NCBI RefSeq assembly: GCF_036321535.1
Contig: NC_087437.1
Span: forward strand, 48,610,001-48,674,000
Direction: 5' to 3'
Source of the DNA: Camelus dromedarius
Lineage: Eukaryota
Length of the DNA stretch: 64,000 nucleotides
The notes beneath the pieces are model-generated. The model searched no databases, was not told where the DNA came from, and saw only the letters and a program-made list of their open reading frames with translations. The position numbers and the translations under genes were made by a program. Shown here piece after piece: positions 1 to 10,978 of the stretch (positions are counted from its first letter, which is position 1; each line of letters begins with the position of its first letter).

Positions 1-1
1 A

Positions 2-736
2 AATCAGGTAGATCAGAATAAGAAAGATGAGTGCTTCCCCGTTCCAGCCAATACTTCAGCATCTTTTCTTAACCAAAAACAAGAAGTGGAAAAACTACTG
101 GAAAAGCAGGATAGGTTACCATATCAAAAGAAACAGGTAAAAGAGAAAGATAGATGCCCTCTCTCTTCATCTTCAGTTGAAATTCCGGATGATTTTGGAG
201 GTAGGTCTGAAGATCCAAGAGATTTCTATAATAGCTCTAAAACTCAGGCAGGTAGTAGCAAAACAGAAAAGCCATATAAATCCGAAAGACATTTTTCTAG
301 TAGAAGAGATTCCTCAGAGTCCTATAGGAATTCAGAGGACAAGATGAAAATTTATGGTTACAGAAGATTTGAAAAAGAGATAGAAGGAAGAAAAGAGCAC
401 TATAGAAGGTGGGAGCCTGGTTCCATGAGATGTTCCACTTCACCAGCAAGCTCGGACTACTCTTGGAAGTCAGTTGAAAAATATAAAAAATACACTTACA
501 CTGGATCACGTGACTTCAGTAGACATGAGCAAAGATACCAACTAAATAAAAATCAAGGAGAATATGAAAGAGAAGGTAATTCTGAGGAGGATAAAACAGA
601 GGTTCCAGAAGAGGGACTAAATAGCAAACAGCATTCAGAAAGTGGAGTTAAAAAAAATTTACCTCAAAATTTACTCAATATATTTAATCAGATAGCTGCA
701 TTTGAGAAAGAAAAAGGAAATAAGCCAAAAAATTAA
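2..736 (+). CDS. TTC14: Tetratricopeptide repeat protein 14, last coding exon (5' partial, runs off the window edge)
   Basis: The frame is open from position 2 ([33 protein letters not shown]...) to TAA at 734-736. The C-terminus ...[28 protein letters not shown] matches my recollection of mammalian TTC14, and TTC14-CCDC39 tail-to-tail synteny is known. The ORF-track start at 86 is an internal GTG (Val). Confidence 0.95.
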   Translation, partial: NQVDQNKKDECFPVPANTSASFLNQKQEVEKLLEKQDRLPYQKKQVKEKDRCPLSSSSVEIPDDFGGRSEDPRDFYNSSKTQAGSSKTEKPYKSERHFSSRRDSSESYRNSEDKMKIYGYRRFEKEIEGRKEHYRRWEPGSMRCSTSPASSDYSWKSVEKYKKYTYTGSRDFSRHEQRYQLNKNQGEYEREGNSEEDKTEVPEEGLNSKQHSESGVKKNLPQNLLNIFNQIAAFEKEKGNKPKN

Positions 737-2884
737 TATGCTAAGGGGATCAGCACCATTACACTAAAGGCTTTTAATGAAAGTTTTGAGTCTTGTAGTT
801 ATAACAGTCTGGTGCAGAAGTCTCTGCTCCTAAGGTTATTTTATTTGTAGAGATTGCAGAAATCAGATGCCTTTTATAGCTATTCTCAAAGTATATTTGT
901 TTCAGTTGTAGGTCCCCTTTTAACAGCTTGATTTTTTAGGCTTTTCATGAGTATGTTTATGTACAGTATTTCTTACTCAGATGATTTAAACTTCTTCACC
1001 TAAAGATAACTCTCAAAGTAGTGTTTCTTCATTATGTATGAGAATTTTGGGGGTCCACCTTATCCTGCTGTTTGAGAGAAAATTAAATTTGTGCATTCAA
1101 CACTTGGATCATTTTTATCAATATTACTTCATTCTCCTGTCAAATTAAAATCCCTTGGCTTTTAAAAGATACATTTGAATATTTCTTAAGTACCATTTTA
1201 TAGTCTTTTGTTTAAATATTAAGTTTTTTGCATAACTTTAAAACAGTAGACAGGTTGTCTGTCTTGTCTAATTGACCTCTAAAGCCTCATTTAATTCAAA
1301 TGGTTTGTGTACCGACTGTTTAACAAGTTTCTTAGGAATAAAGCCATGAAAGTTGAATAGGGGCCCATTTTGCTCATTTTTCTTTTTCTTCTCCCTTCTT
1401 ACTAGCAGTATAGCCCTAAAAAATTTCTTTAACTATTGGCAAGACCCTGAGAGACTACATTCCAGGCAAGAATAAATCAGAGTAGGAAAGAATCCTGTTA
1501 GCAAAAACAGCAAGAGAAGCACACTATAAACCTGGTTTTCCACTAAGGGATAGGAAACTAGAAAACTGTCCTAATATTGCTCATGTCCATTTGGGAAGGC
1601 ACTGGGATGTTTTTAAATAGCCTAGAGCTGTCCTGCATTTCCGCTTTCTTCCTTAACACCTCTCCCCTGATGCCTCCTTTCTCAGAGTCTGAATAAATTA
1701 CTAGCTGACAGAGCCACGTTTTGCTCAGGATAAATTTCAGCAACTAGAGCTGAAGAAGAAAGGAACTTGTATCATACGGATCTTCCCCAGATTATTGAAA
1801 ACAGTATAGATAGGGATAGAGAGAGAGAGAAATAGAAGTCATAGGTGTTTACACTTGGTTTTAGAACCTTTCCAACTCATGATGACACTGGATGGGTGGG
1901 TTGGGGGATATGAGTATCCATCTACAAAGGTCTAAGTGAGAGAATGTTAGAGGAAGAAGACACTTGTCCTTGTTCTGTCTTGCAGTTCTTGCCAACAGTA
2001 AAATACCAAAACTTTTAAGTGCAACTGGATGTGTACTATTTGAAACCTTTAGACTTCAGTGATGGGAGCCTAATAAAAAAGCTAAAATTTGTTTTGCAAT
2101 GGAACAGAAAAAGAAATTCTGGTCAAAAACAGTAGATGATAGCAGTAGAAATCAGTCACTTGGGCATCAGTCTTTGCACCAACAAGTTGATCTGAAGGGA
2201 CTCTCCAGTTCTTTCTGTGTATTAATAGCTCTGGTATCATCCCGACCTAGTCCTACATAGTGGTGTTTTTAAAGAGTGGAAACTGTCTCTTGACATACCC
2301 CTTGACTTTTAGGAATGTGTAGTACAGCTTCAGAATTTTACATACACTTTATTTAATAAAATCTCTGAGCATCACTGTCAACCAGCATTGTCATTTTCCA
2401 AAGCATCTTTGTGGTTTACTGTTAGATTCAGGTACAAAAAAATTAGGATAGTAACTTACATAACAGCCTGCCTAAATTTAGAAATTGCATCTTCCCCAAA
2501 GCTGCTTTCCCAGGACATATTAATCGTAAACATAAAAGAAACCCATCACAGAAAAAAAAAAGGGGGGGGGGATTTACTTATTAAGAATCCCTAGTGGTAT
2601 CTTAAGCAATTTTTTTTCCCCTTAACATCATTATGTCTATAGTTTGTACATACCCAGGCTGTATCTTGGTTTCCATAAGTAGATGACTTTCTGACACAAC
2701 AGGTGAATGTTAAGATGACTTCGCATTTGGAGATAACGGGGTTGATCCATTGTCTAACCATTTAACATTACACTGAGGTTGGAAATGTTACTGTAAGAGT
2801 TAAATGCAGGCTTGTATGCTGGCCTGAGAACCTAACCATTCCACAAATACTGTGCTAGACTGGTTGGTGACTCAGTAATAGGTA

Positions 2885-3045
2885 GAAGTTATTGTGCAAT
2901 TCTTATGTGTCAGGACCTGTGCATTTTATATATAATACCTGATTATTTTAATAAACTTGATAGAGGTAACTTACTGTCTCTATATTATAAATGAGGAAGA
3001 AAGCATAGAGAAGTAACTTTCCCAAGGTCACAGAACTAGTAAGAC
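2885..3045 (-). mobile_element. MIR SINE fragment
   Basis: Reverse MIR core: aaatgaggaagaaagcatagagaagtaactttcccaaggtcacagaactagtaag. Confidence 0.65.
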
Positions 3046-4189
3046 ATAATCCCTTCAGTGTTTCATAGATTCGTTAAATACGGTGTTTAATATTTCAACT
3101 TCCAAGTAGTTTACAAAGTACTGTAGGGTGGAAAATAAGAACTTTAGTGAACATTCAAAGTGACCATAAGATTAATCAATTCTTAGGTCTTATAAAATAA
3201 ATCTCACTCATCAGAACAATGTTTTACCAAAAAAATTCAGCTTTTTACCCATCTTATTCATTGGACTTGGCCATGCCTTTTGCTGGCTATTTCTAAAAAT
3301 AATAATAATAAAATACTCAAATAATGATCAGGAGAAACAGGTTTACACCACTCCTGCCTTTCAGAAGGAATTGCAAATGACAGTTCTAAGCAATGACAGC
3401 TGTCATAACAAATATTTTTTCCCAAAGATTGAAAGAGACAGTACTTATTTAAGTATATAGATTCTGATACATCTATTTGAAAACCAATTTTATAACATAG
3501 TCATCCTTCACACTCTGTTCCAAGAGTTCCAAATGTTGGGCATATGTAATAAAAGTATTGACTAGAATAACTAATTCTTAATCTGGTTGTCTGCCTTCAC
3601 TGCAAATTTATGAAATGCCTATTGCAAGTCAAGTCACACCTAGCTGTCTTGAAGTTGTTTATTAAATCAGGGAAATCTTAAAAATACATTCTTGGCTGCA
3701 TCTTGAGAGCAAAATCTTTGTGTAACTTCTTTCAAGATCAGAGTAGACTACTTTCTAGAAATTTAAGCTGCACTCATTGTTATATAGTGGTTCTCTTTCC
3801 TACCAATCGTTTTCCTGCTGAGGGAAGATAATGCTATTTTTTGGCTAAGAATTTTTAAATTATGCTAAAAGAAGAAACAACAAATTTCTTCCACAAAGAA
3901 AATATGTTTCTTTTAATAAAAGCTAACTTCAAGATCTTCTAGGGTAAAAGAGAATTTTAGTAATAATATAAACTCTATATAGTACAATGACTCTTAAATC
4001 ATTTTTAACAGTTTTATATTTTCCACTGGATAAAACTTTTGTCTGGTCATTTCATTCCTCTAACACTATTTCAGTAGGCCTCTATACCAATGTACGGCAC
4101 CCGAAAGCATAGAGTGGGATATACTATTTTAAAATTATGAGATTTTTGTTTTTGCATTTACAACTTGTTCAAAAAAGAGATTAAAATGT

Positions 4190-4343
4190 TTATTTGGTGC
4201 TTTTTTTGCTTTTACCATTACTGGAGCCACTGCTAGCACTAGTTGGTCTAGAAGTGCTGCCAGTTAGTGGAGAGGCTGGGAAGTTCAGCTCTAATACTTT
4301 AATCGAAGTCTGAGAAGCAGAAGTACTTGTACTTTTAGATGAC
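4190..4343 (-). CDS. CCDC39: CCDC39 exon 20, coding part (154 nt including TAA)
   Basis: Acceptor AG at 4344-4345; reads [50 protein letters not shown]; stop at 4190-4192. Confidence 0.95.
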
Positions 4344-5561
4344 CTAGAATAAAACCAGAAGTACTGAAAAGTTAATTCAAAATTTATATTTTAGCAGAAA
4401 CCCCCTTATTAATGGCAAAAGATGCCATAATCCCACAAGTAATTAAAGAATCAAAAAAGATATACTATTAATAATGCTAATAATAAATTTTAAAAGCATG
4501 ACCATTAATAATATGAAGAAATTAGTTTAAAAAGGAAAAGAAGGGTAACAAGGTTTCAAGCTAGTAGAAAAAACAGTTCAACAAATGTATTTCTATATGA
4601 AAAGTGCTTTCATTATAATCAATTTAAAGGTAGAATCATTAGGTATTAAAAGTTGGCAAAATTCATCAAACATAAAAACAAAAACGGGCATGGGAATTTG
4701 AGTGCCGGCAAGAGTGACTAAAATGATAGGTTATGTAATTTAAGCTGACGAGAAGAAAGTGAGGGGGCCTACTGATCGGATAGAGTGGTGGGTCCATTTG
4801 AAAAGTATAACTAGCCATACAATTCTAACTGCTAAGTTTTTAAAATATATATATTTATATGAAAGTACTGGGATGTTCAAGTGGCTGCTCATCATGTTTA
4901 CAAAGAAAGTGGGGTGTTTATGTTTTTAAACACTATCTTTTGGGAAGCCCCTTTGTGACATCTCTAACTTGGTAAATGTAGGAGATTGGAAATTTTAAAA
5001 TTAGAATGATCATTAATAATTTTTATTTTGTTAAAGCACAAGGATGTTGACTAAATGTCTACCTGATTATAGAATTTTGGATAAAACTAAACTGCAGAAG
5101 TAAAGAATAATTTCCTTCTTAGCAAAATAAAGCATCATAAAAGTCTGACTACGTAAGATTTAACAATGGGTTTTAATCATAAAAGTCTTATTCTATATGT
5201 CTGTAAAGACAAGTTGCCCATTTATGGTTTAATAAATTCTCCCCCTACTCAGGGTTGACCATGCTAGATGTAACCTCCAAAATTTCACCCTGCTTTATCC
5301 TACTGAAATAGCTGGGAGTCACAAAGCACTCTACACCAAAATGGAAATGATAACACCAGACAGAAGTCAGAAGAAAAGAGTCTGGCTCTGCTGGCTGTTT
5401 CCTGCGTATGTGACACTGACATAGGAAGGCAGGTAATGCAGAGGAGAGCACTGGCACTGGCAGGTCCCACAGCTGCGGCAATGTGCAGGTGCTGGGTTCA
5501 CTTAGGCTGGAAGCCATGAGAGTTGTATGGAAGGAGATGGGTTTTTTCACCTTCCACTTAC

Positions 5562-5647
5562 CTTGCTGATAACAGTGAAGTCTGTGAAGGAGATCTAGAG
5601 CTGTGACGACTGCCTTTAGTACTAGCTGTAGGTAGTTCTAAACCACT
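5562..5647 (-). CDS. CCDC39: CCDC39 exon 19 (86 nt)
   Basis: AG/GTAAGT boundaries; [28 protein letters not shown](R). Confidence 0.95.
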
Positions 5648-5792
5648 CTGGAAGAAGATTCAATAGCAATCGTTAGTACCACTGCATTTTAGAGTATTTC
5701 TCATTAGATTTCACTTTATGATGAATGCCATAAATTTTTTATTTTCATTAAGTGTTTAAGAAATATTTTTATCTAGAAGGTATTCTTATTAC

Positions 5793-5972
5793 CTGTTCAA
5801 AGTATGTTTGAAGGATAATTCCGATTTCAGCATTTTCTTCTGAGATATCAACTAACATTTCATCAATGACCTTGTGAAGCTGTTTCACTTCACGAAGTTT
5901 AATGTCTTGTTCTTCCAGTGTTTCATCTTTTGTGTCTTTCAAAAGACGGATTTCCTTGGTGAGCTTAGCATA
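5793..5972 (-). CDS. CCDC39: CCDC39 exon 18 (180 nt)
   Basis: [29 protein letters not shown]...LQTYFEQ; AG/GT boundaries. Confidence 0.95.
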
Positions 5973-6117
5973 CTGTTGGTCAATAGTAGTCAATTATTAT
6001 ATAAACCTATTTTCCACAACTTAATATTTTTTAATGGATGAAGGAGGATTTGGGGTCATCATTTGGAACTCCAAAAAATATAAATATGACAGGTCAGTTT
6101 TCAAAAGTTATAAATAC

Positions 6118-6258
6118 CTGTTTAGTTACTCTCTCTAATTTTGGCTTCTGCTCCTCAGTTTCTCTACTTAGTTGACGTACATAAGCTTGCTTCTCTGATA
6201 ATTTTTCTTTAACATTATTTGTTAAATGCTCTATAACTGCTAAAGTATTTTCCATGCT
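6118..6258 (-). CDS. CCDC39: CCDC39 exon 17 (141 nt)
   Basis: [51 protein letters not shown]. Confidence 0.95.
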
Positions 6259-6979
6259 CTGCAGAAAATAAAGTATTAACATACTTATTGGTTAGAATCA
6301 AATAACTTATAAATTGCCACTTAAGTATTCATTTAATTTTCATTTATTTTTGTATATAATGTACATTCTATTGGTTGATAAGTATAATGGTTTTATGGAT
6401 TAAGTTTTGTATATAATTCCACTGGAAAGTATTTTTATGGTAATTGAGAGAAAAATAAACAATTCAAACAGTGACTGTTGAAAGTATACAGTTCTCAGAT
6501 TCCCAATTCAGACCTTTTCCTTCAACTTCATTAGCCAAAAAAGTCTAAATTTTTATATAGAACCTGCTTACGAAGCACATTGTTTTCTCTTTCAGTGATG
6601 TACTTTAGTAACTACTGTCTACTAAATTATTTATATCCTTCAAACTTTTTTGTTTTAAGGAACAATCTTTAAGGTGATCTTTAAGGATTTAAATGAAATA
6701 AAAGTTCACTAAATAAAGGTTAGTGGGTAGATCATAATTAGCTAGCTATGATTTATCAACTAATTAACAAGTAATTGTCACGGATCCAGTCTGTGCTTAG
6801 CCTTGGAATTTTAACTAATTTAGTTACTATTTTGATCTCTTGTTTTTTTCTCACTTAAATGAGACATCTCTTACTATCTACTTCTCTAAAAAACTGTCTT
6901 TGTACAAGAAAACAATAGAGTAATAATAACAGTAGTTAACTTTTACTAAGGGCTTATCGTTAAATTCTATAGAATTTAC

Positions 6980-7086
6980 CTGGATATCTTCCTGTAGTTC
7001 TCTGATTTGTCTTTGTTTGTATCTGTATTTTTCATCAACAGCTCTTTTTTGTTCTTCTAGTTGAATTTTTAGCTCATATTCATCAC
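6980..7086 (-). CDS. CCDC39: CCDC39 exon 16 (107 nt)
   Basis: (S)[39 protein letters not shown]; phase 1 start. Confidence 0.95.
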
Positions 7087-7512
7087 CTGGAATTTAGAGA
7101 ATTTTTACTTTAAATGTTTAACATGCTGTGAAGAAAGCAACCTTAAAGTCTTAAATAAATTAAACCTTTAACATTTTTTGTTATGAAAGGTTAAATTCCT
7201 TATGTCTAACTGTTAAAAACAGGGCATGAAATAACTATTCTTATTTTGTCAACACAGAGCAGCCAATATGCTGCTATTTTCTTCAGATTTGAAATTAATT
7301 CCCCAGAGAAGTTATGTCATATCACTAGAACTAATAATGGAAATAACACCTTAGCACTTATTTTACAGGAGGTGGGGGTGATCAGTTTTTCCGACTCAAA
7401 CATGGTACATTTTTGTTTTCCTTGTCTCATAGTGTTCCTCTTTTTTAAATAAATAACTGTACAGCTTCATTGCATGTATATTCAATTAGAAGTTTGAATA
7501 ATTCCTACATAC

Positions 7513-7672
7513 TAGATGGAGTCACTTTCCTAAAAGATTGTTTGTAATTGTTGTTGCAACTGTTCAGCACTTGCAAAGTGTTTCCTAGAGCATAGATTTC
7601 TTTTTCAGCTTTGTTGATCTTAGCATCCAAACTGTCACCTTCTCTTTGAAGTTCTTCTTTTTCTTGAGCAGC
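7513..7672 (-). CDS. CCDC39: CCDC39 exon 15 (160 nt)
   Basis: [57 protein letters not shown]. Confidence 0.95.
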
Positions 7673-8213
7673 CTATAAAATACAGAATAGAACTGATTGA
7701 TTAAAAGTATTTATCATGGGGGAGAATGTCTGTTTTCAGGGCAAGAAATACTTAACTGACAACAGTACCAATTTGCCTTGGGACCTTACATGCAGCACCA
7801 AGCACTTATTTCTTGTACTTGATTTGAGTAGAAGAACAAATCCTCAAGGCCTTCCAAATATAGCATATAGATACAAAATGGTGATGGAAATGTAGTAACT
7901 AACCAAAGCTTACGTGAAAACTCTCCAACAAAAATGACCAAAAAGTTAAGCAGGTATAAATTTTACTGGGAAGAAAAATAAGGTTAGCTAGAAGGGGATT
8001 TCAAAGTAAATATTAAATAAAAAGAATGTATGTTTCTGGCCTGAAAGAGGCTTAGCACACTTTCTCATTTTAAATCTTAGAAGTAAAAGAGGTGAGCAAG
8101 GAAAGTAAATACTTATCATTTCAAACCCAGGTATATTAGAAGTAGAGTTATTATGTGTGTTGTTAGAAGTAGTTATTAGAAGTATGATCTCAACATCCCT
8201 AAGTAGAATTAGA

Positions 8214-8315
8214 GTGCTTGCTTCAATCGGACATACTAAAATGAACAATACAAAGAAGATTGCATGGCGCCTGTGCAAGAATGACATGCAAATTTGTGAA
8301 GTGTCCCATATCTTT
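8214..8315 (+). pseudogene. RNU6: U6 snRNA retropseudogene, full length, diverged
   Basis: gtgcttgcttc...catactaaaatgaacaatacaaagaagattgcatggcgcctgtgcaagaatgacatgcaaatttgtgaagtgtcccatatcttt aligns end to end with U6. The ACAGAGA box is mutated to ACAAAGA and there are many CpG transitions. Confidence 0.92.
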
Positions 8316-8600
8316 AAAAGGAAAAATACTGCATGATTCCACTTCTGTGCAGTATCTCATGTAGTCTAATTTACAAAAACCAAAGTAGAATGGTGGTTGC
8401 TACGGGTTTCAGGGAGGGAGAAATGGGGAGTTAATGTTTAATGGGTACAGTTTGTTTTAAAAGATGAAAAAAGTTCTAGAGATGGATTTCGGTATTGATT
8501 GCACAACAATATGAATATACTTAATACCACTGAACTGTATGCTTAAAAGTTGTTAAAGCAGTAAATTTTAAGTATATTTTACCACATTTTAAAAATAGTT
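8316..8600 (+). mobile_element. L1MB-type LINE-1 3' end fused directly to the U6 copy
   Basis: aaaatactgcatgattccac...agtagaatggtggttgc...ttaataccactgaactgtatgcttaaaa...tatattttaccaca, typical of an L1MB 3' UTR. Confidence 0.85.
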
Positions 8601-9582
8601 TTAATTAGAGAAAGATAATTGTGATAAACATGGCTAGAAAAAATAAAGTGTAAAAACTGCTGAAAACCAATTCCTCAGTGAGTGGATATACTCAGTGACT
8701 TTCCAGCTTAACTGTGTCACTGGGCTAGGCCTTCTAGAGTTGTGTCAAAATAGTTCCAAAGAACTTCTCCAATTACGGGTTTACAGGGTTAGCATGCATA
8801 TATACTTAAAAGTGCCAAAACCCACTTTTTGTCAAAATCAACTAATAATTTCATTGGTTAATTTATTCAGTCTCAAGTATGTACATTTAAACCAGAATAT
8901 GGTCACTGGAAAAGTTTTAGTGGTAATGTTACAATTCTTAACATTTTCACTGTTCTTTGTTTTATTATGCTTCAAGATATATATTACACATATTTTTATA
9001 GCAAATAGCATATAATAAAAAAAGCTTAGCAAAAAAAAGTTAAGTTATTAGATAAATTATATCTAATTCCTTTGAGTCCAGAATTAGCAAACATTTCATT
9101 TGAAATATACTATAGTGAAAGAAAGAGTTAGAATGAATCAAAACAGCTAGGTTTTAGTTGTGGATTTCCTATGAGTGAGTTGAACAACATTAAATGATAC
9201 ACTTCCCTACTCCAAGTTCAGTTTACTTGTCAAATGAAGGGGTTGAATTTGTTCATTTATACAAATTCCTGATTTAATTCCATATATACCTTAAATTTCT
9301 AAATCTCTATGATCCCATTTGCCTCGAAATCAGAAATTATGTAATATTTACCTTTTATCTTGGATTAGAAAAGCTGATATTTGGAAGACATTTTTACTTA
9401 CATGTTTTAAATCAACATTTTAAAGAATTTTCTAGTAGTTCCATTTGATGGTTTCATTCAGTTGTGATCAGAACTGGACCATTTCCTTATAAAGACAAGG
9501 GAACTTGGAAATGGGTAAAAGGAAATATAAAACCATGTGTGCCACATAGACAAGAGGCCAGTGCAGGACCAAAAATGAGGCC

Positions 9583-10067
9583 TGTGTGTTGACCTGCTTC
9601 CTCACAAAAAATATTAAGAAGTCCCAACCCCCAGGACCTCAGAATGTGATCTTATTTGGAAATAGGGGTTTTGTAGATGTAATTAAGTTACAATGACATC
9701 ATTAGGGAGGCCTTAATCCAATATGATTGGTGTCTTATAAAAATGGGAAATTTGGACAGAGACACGGACATACTTTGAGGGAAGCCTGAAGGGACAAAGG
9801 GATTATGCCACATGAAGATGAATGTAGAGATCATGGTGTTGCTGTTGCTTCCATAAACTAAGGAACACCAAAGATGGCAAGCAAACCACCAAAAGTTAGG
9901 AGAGAAGCATAGAACAGACTGTCCCTCGCAGCCTTCAGAAAGAACCAATTCTGGTGACACTTTCATCTTGGATTTCCAGCCTCTAGAACTGTGAGACAAT
10001 AAATTTCTATAGTTTAAGCTACCTAGCTTGTGATATTTTGTTATAGCAGCCCTAGCAAACTAGTACA
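9583..10067 (+). mobile_element. MLT1 (MaLR) solo LTR, MLT1B/C-like
   Basis: cctcagaatgtgatcttatttggaaatagggg...ccagcctctagaactgtgagacaataaatttc...gcagccctagcaaactagtaca. Confidence 0.85.
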
Positions 10068-10291
10068 AGGGGTCAGCAAACTGTATGTAAAGGGTGAGAC
10101 AGTATTGTAGGCCTTATGGGCCATTCAGTCTCTGTAAAAACTACTCATACTTAATACCATTGTTATTGTAGCATGAAAGCAGCCAGAGACATAGGTATAT
10201 GAATGAGTTTATGTATTGTGTGTTCCAATGCTTATTTACAAAACAGCATTGTGCAGCATTTAGCCCAGAGCCCATAGTTTGCTTACTTCTG
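10066..10291. mobile_element. MER58A-like hAT-Charlie non-autonomous DNA transposon
   Basis: Termini aggggtcagcaaact ... agtttgcttacttctg are a degenerate inverted repeat; internal aaagcagccagagacata. Confidence 0.75.
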
Positions 10292-10355
10292 AAATACAGT
10301 ATGCAATAAATTAAACAGTTGTTAGCACGGTGACTAAATTCCTCTTCCCCAGTTA

Positions 10356-10356
10356 T

Positions 10357-10388
<32 letters not shown>

Positions 10389-10443
10389 TATATATATACA
10401 TATATATATATACACACACACATACGTGTATATACATATATAC
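10356..10443. repeat. Compound (TA)n/(CA)n microsatellite
   Basis: tatatata...cacacaca...tatata seen directly. Confidence 0.95.
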
Positions 10444-10741
10444 AGAAACATTACCTTTGGGAGGAATGTAAAGGATATACGGAAAGGAAAGGAGCTTAAG
10501 TTGACTAAATTTACATCCTGAATCTACCACATTCAGAAACAGAAATGATGGTTAGCTTCTAATTGGCAAGTTTAAGTTTTTCCTAGCAGTGAAACTGCTG
10601 AGATCTTACTTTTAAAAAGTTAAAAAAAAAAAATTATGCTTATACAAATATAAAATGAACATGTCAAAGATTTTGTTCAATTCATTAATGAAGTAAACTA
10701 TGAAATTTTGACAAGTTCAAAAGGAGAATTGCAACACATTT

Positions 10742-10744
<3 letters not shown>

Positions 10745-10773
<29 letters not shown>
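10745..10773. repeat. (CA)n microsatellite
   Basis: Uninterrupted acacac run. Confidence 0.95.
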
Positions 10774-10777
<4 letters not shown>

Positions 10778-10978
10778 CAAAAATGCTGAAATAAGTTTGT
10801 TTATATTTACAGATTCAAAACTGGCTAATATCTTTTAGGGCAATAAAATAACAATGTTTAGGTTATCTTTCCTACAAGCATAAGTCAATTGTATTTATAC
10901 TGGCCAAATCCATTTGCATTGTTATGGACGAGAATAATACACATGACCATCAATTTTCTCTAAAATAACATCTATCCC

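Noticed and set aside
5245..5550. 101-aa ORF in intron 19 as an alternative last exon
   Set aside because: It has a non-ATG start 12 nt after a perfect GTAAGT donor, no acceptor and no recognisable product.
8214..8315. Functional U6 snRNA gene
   Set aside because: The ACAGAGA box and 5' stem are mutated, there are small deletions, no upstream PSE/TATA is evident, and it is fused to an L1.
10141..10530. 129-aa and 63-aa ORFs
   Set aside because: Translations of TA/CA microsatellite and MER58 sequence.
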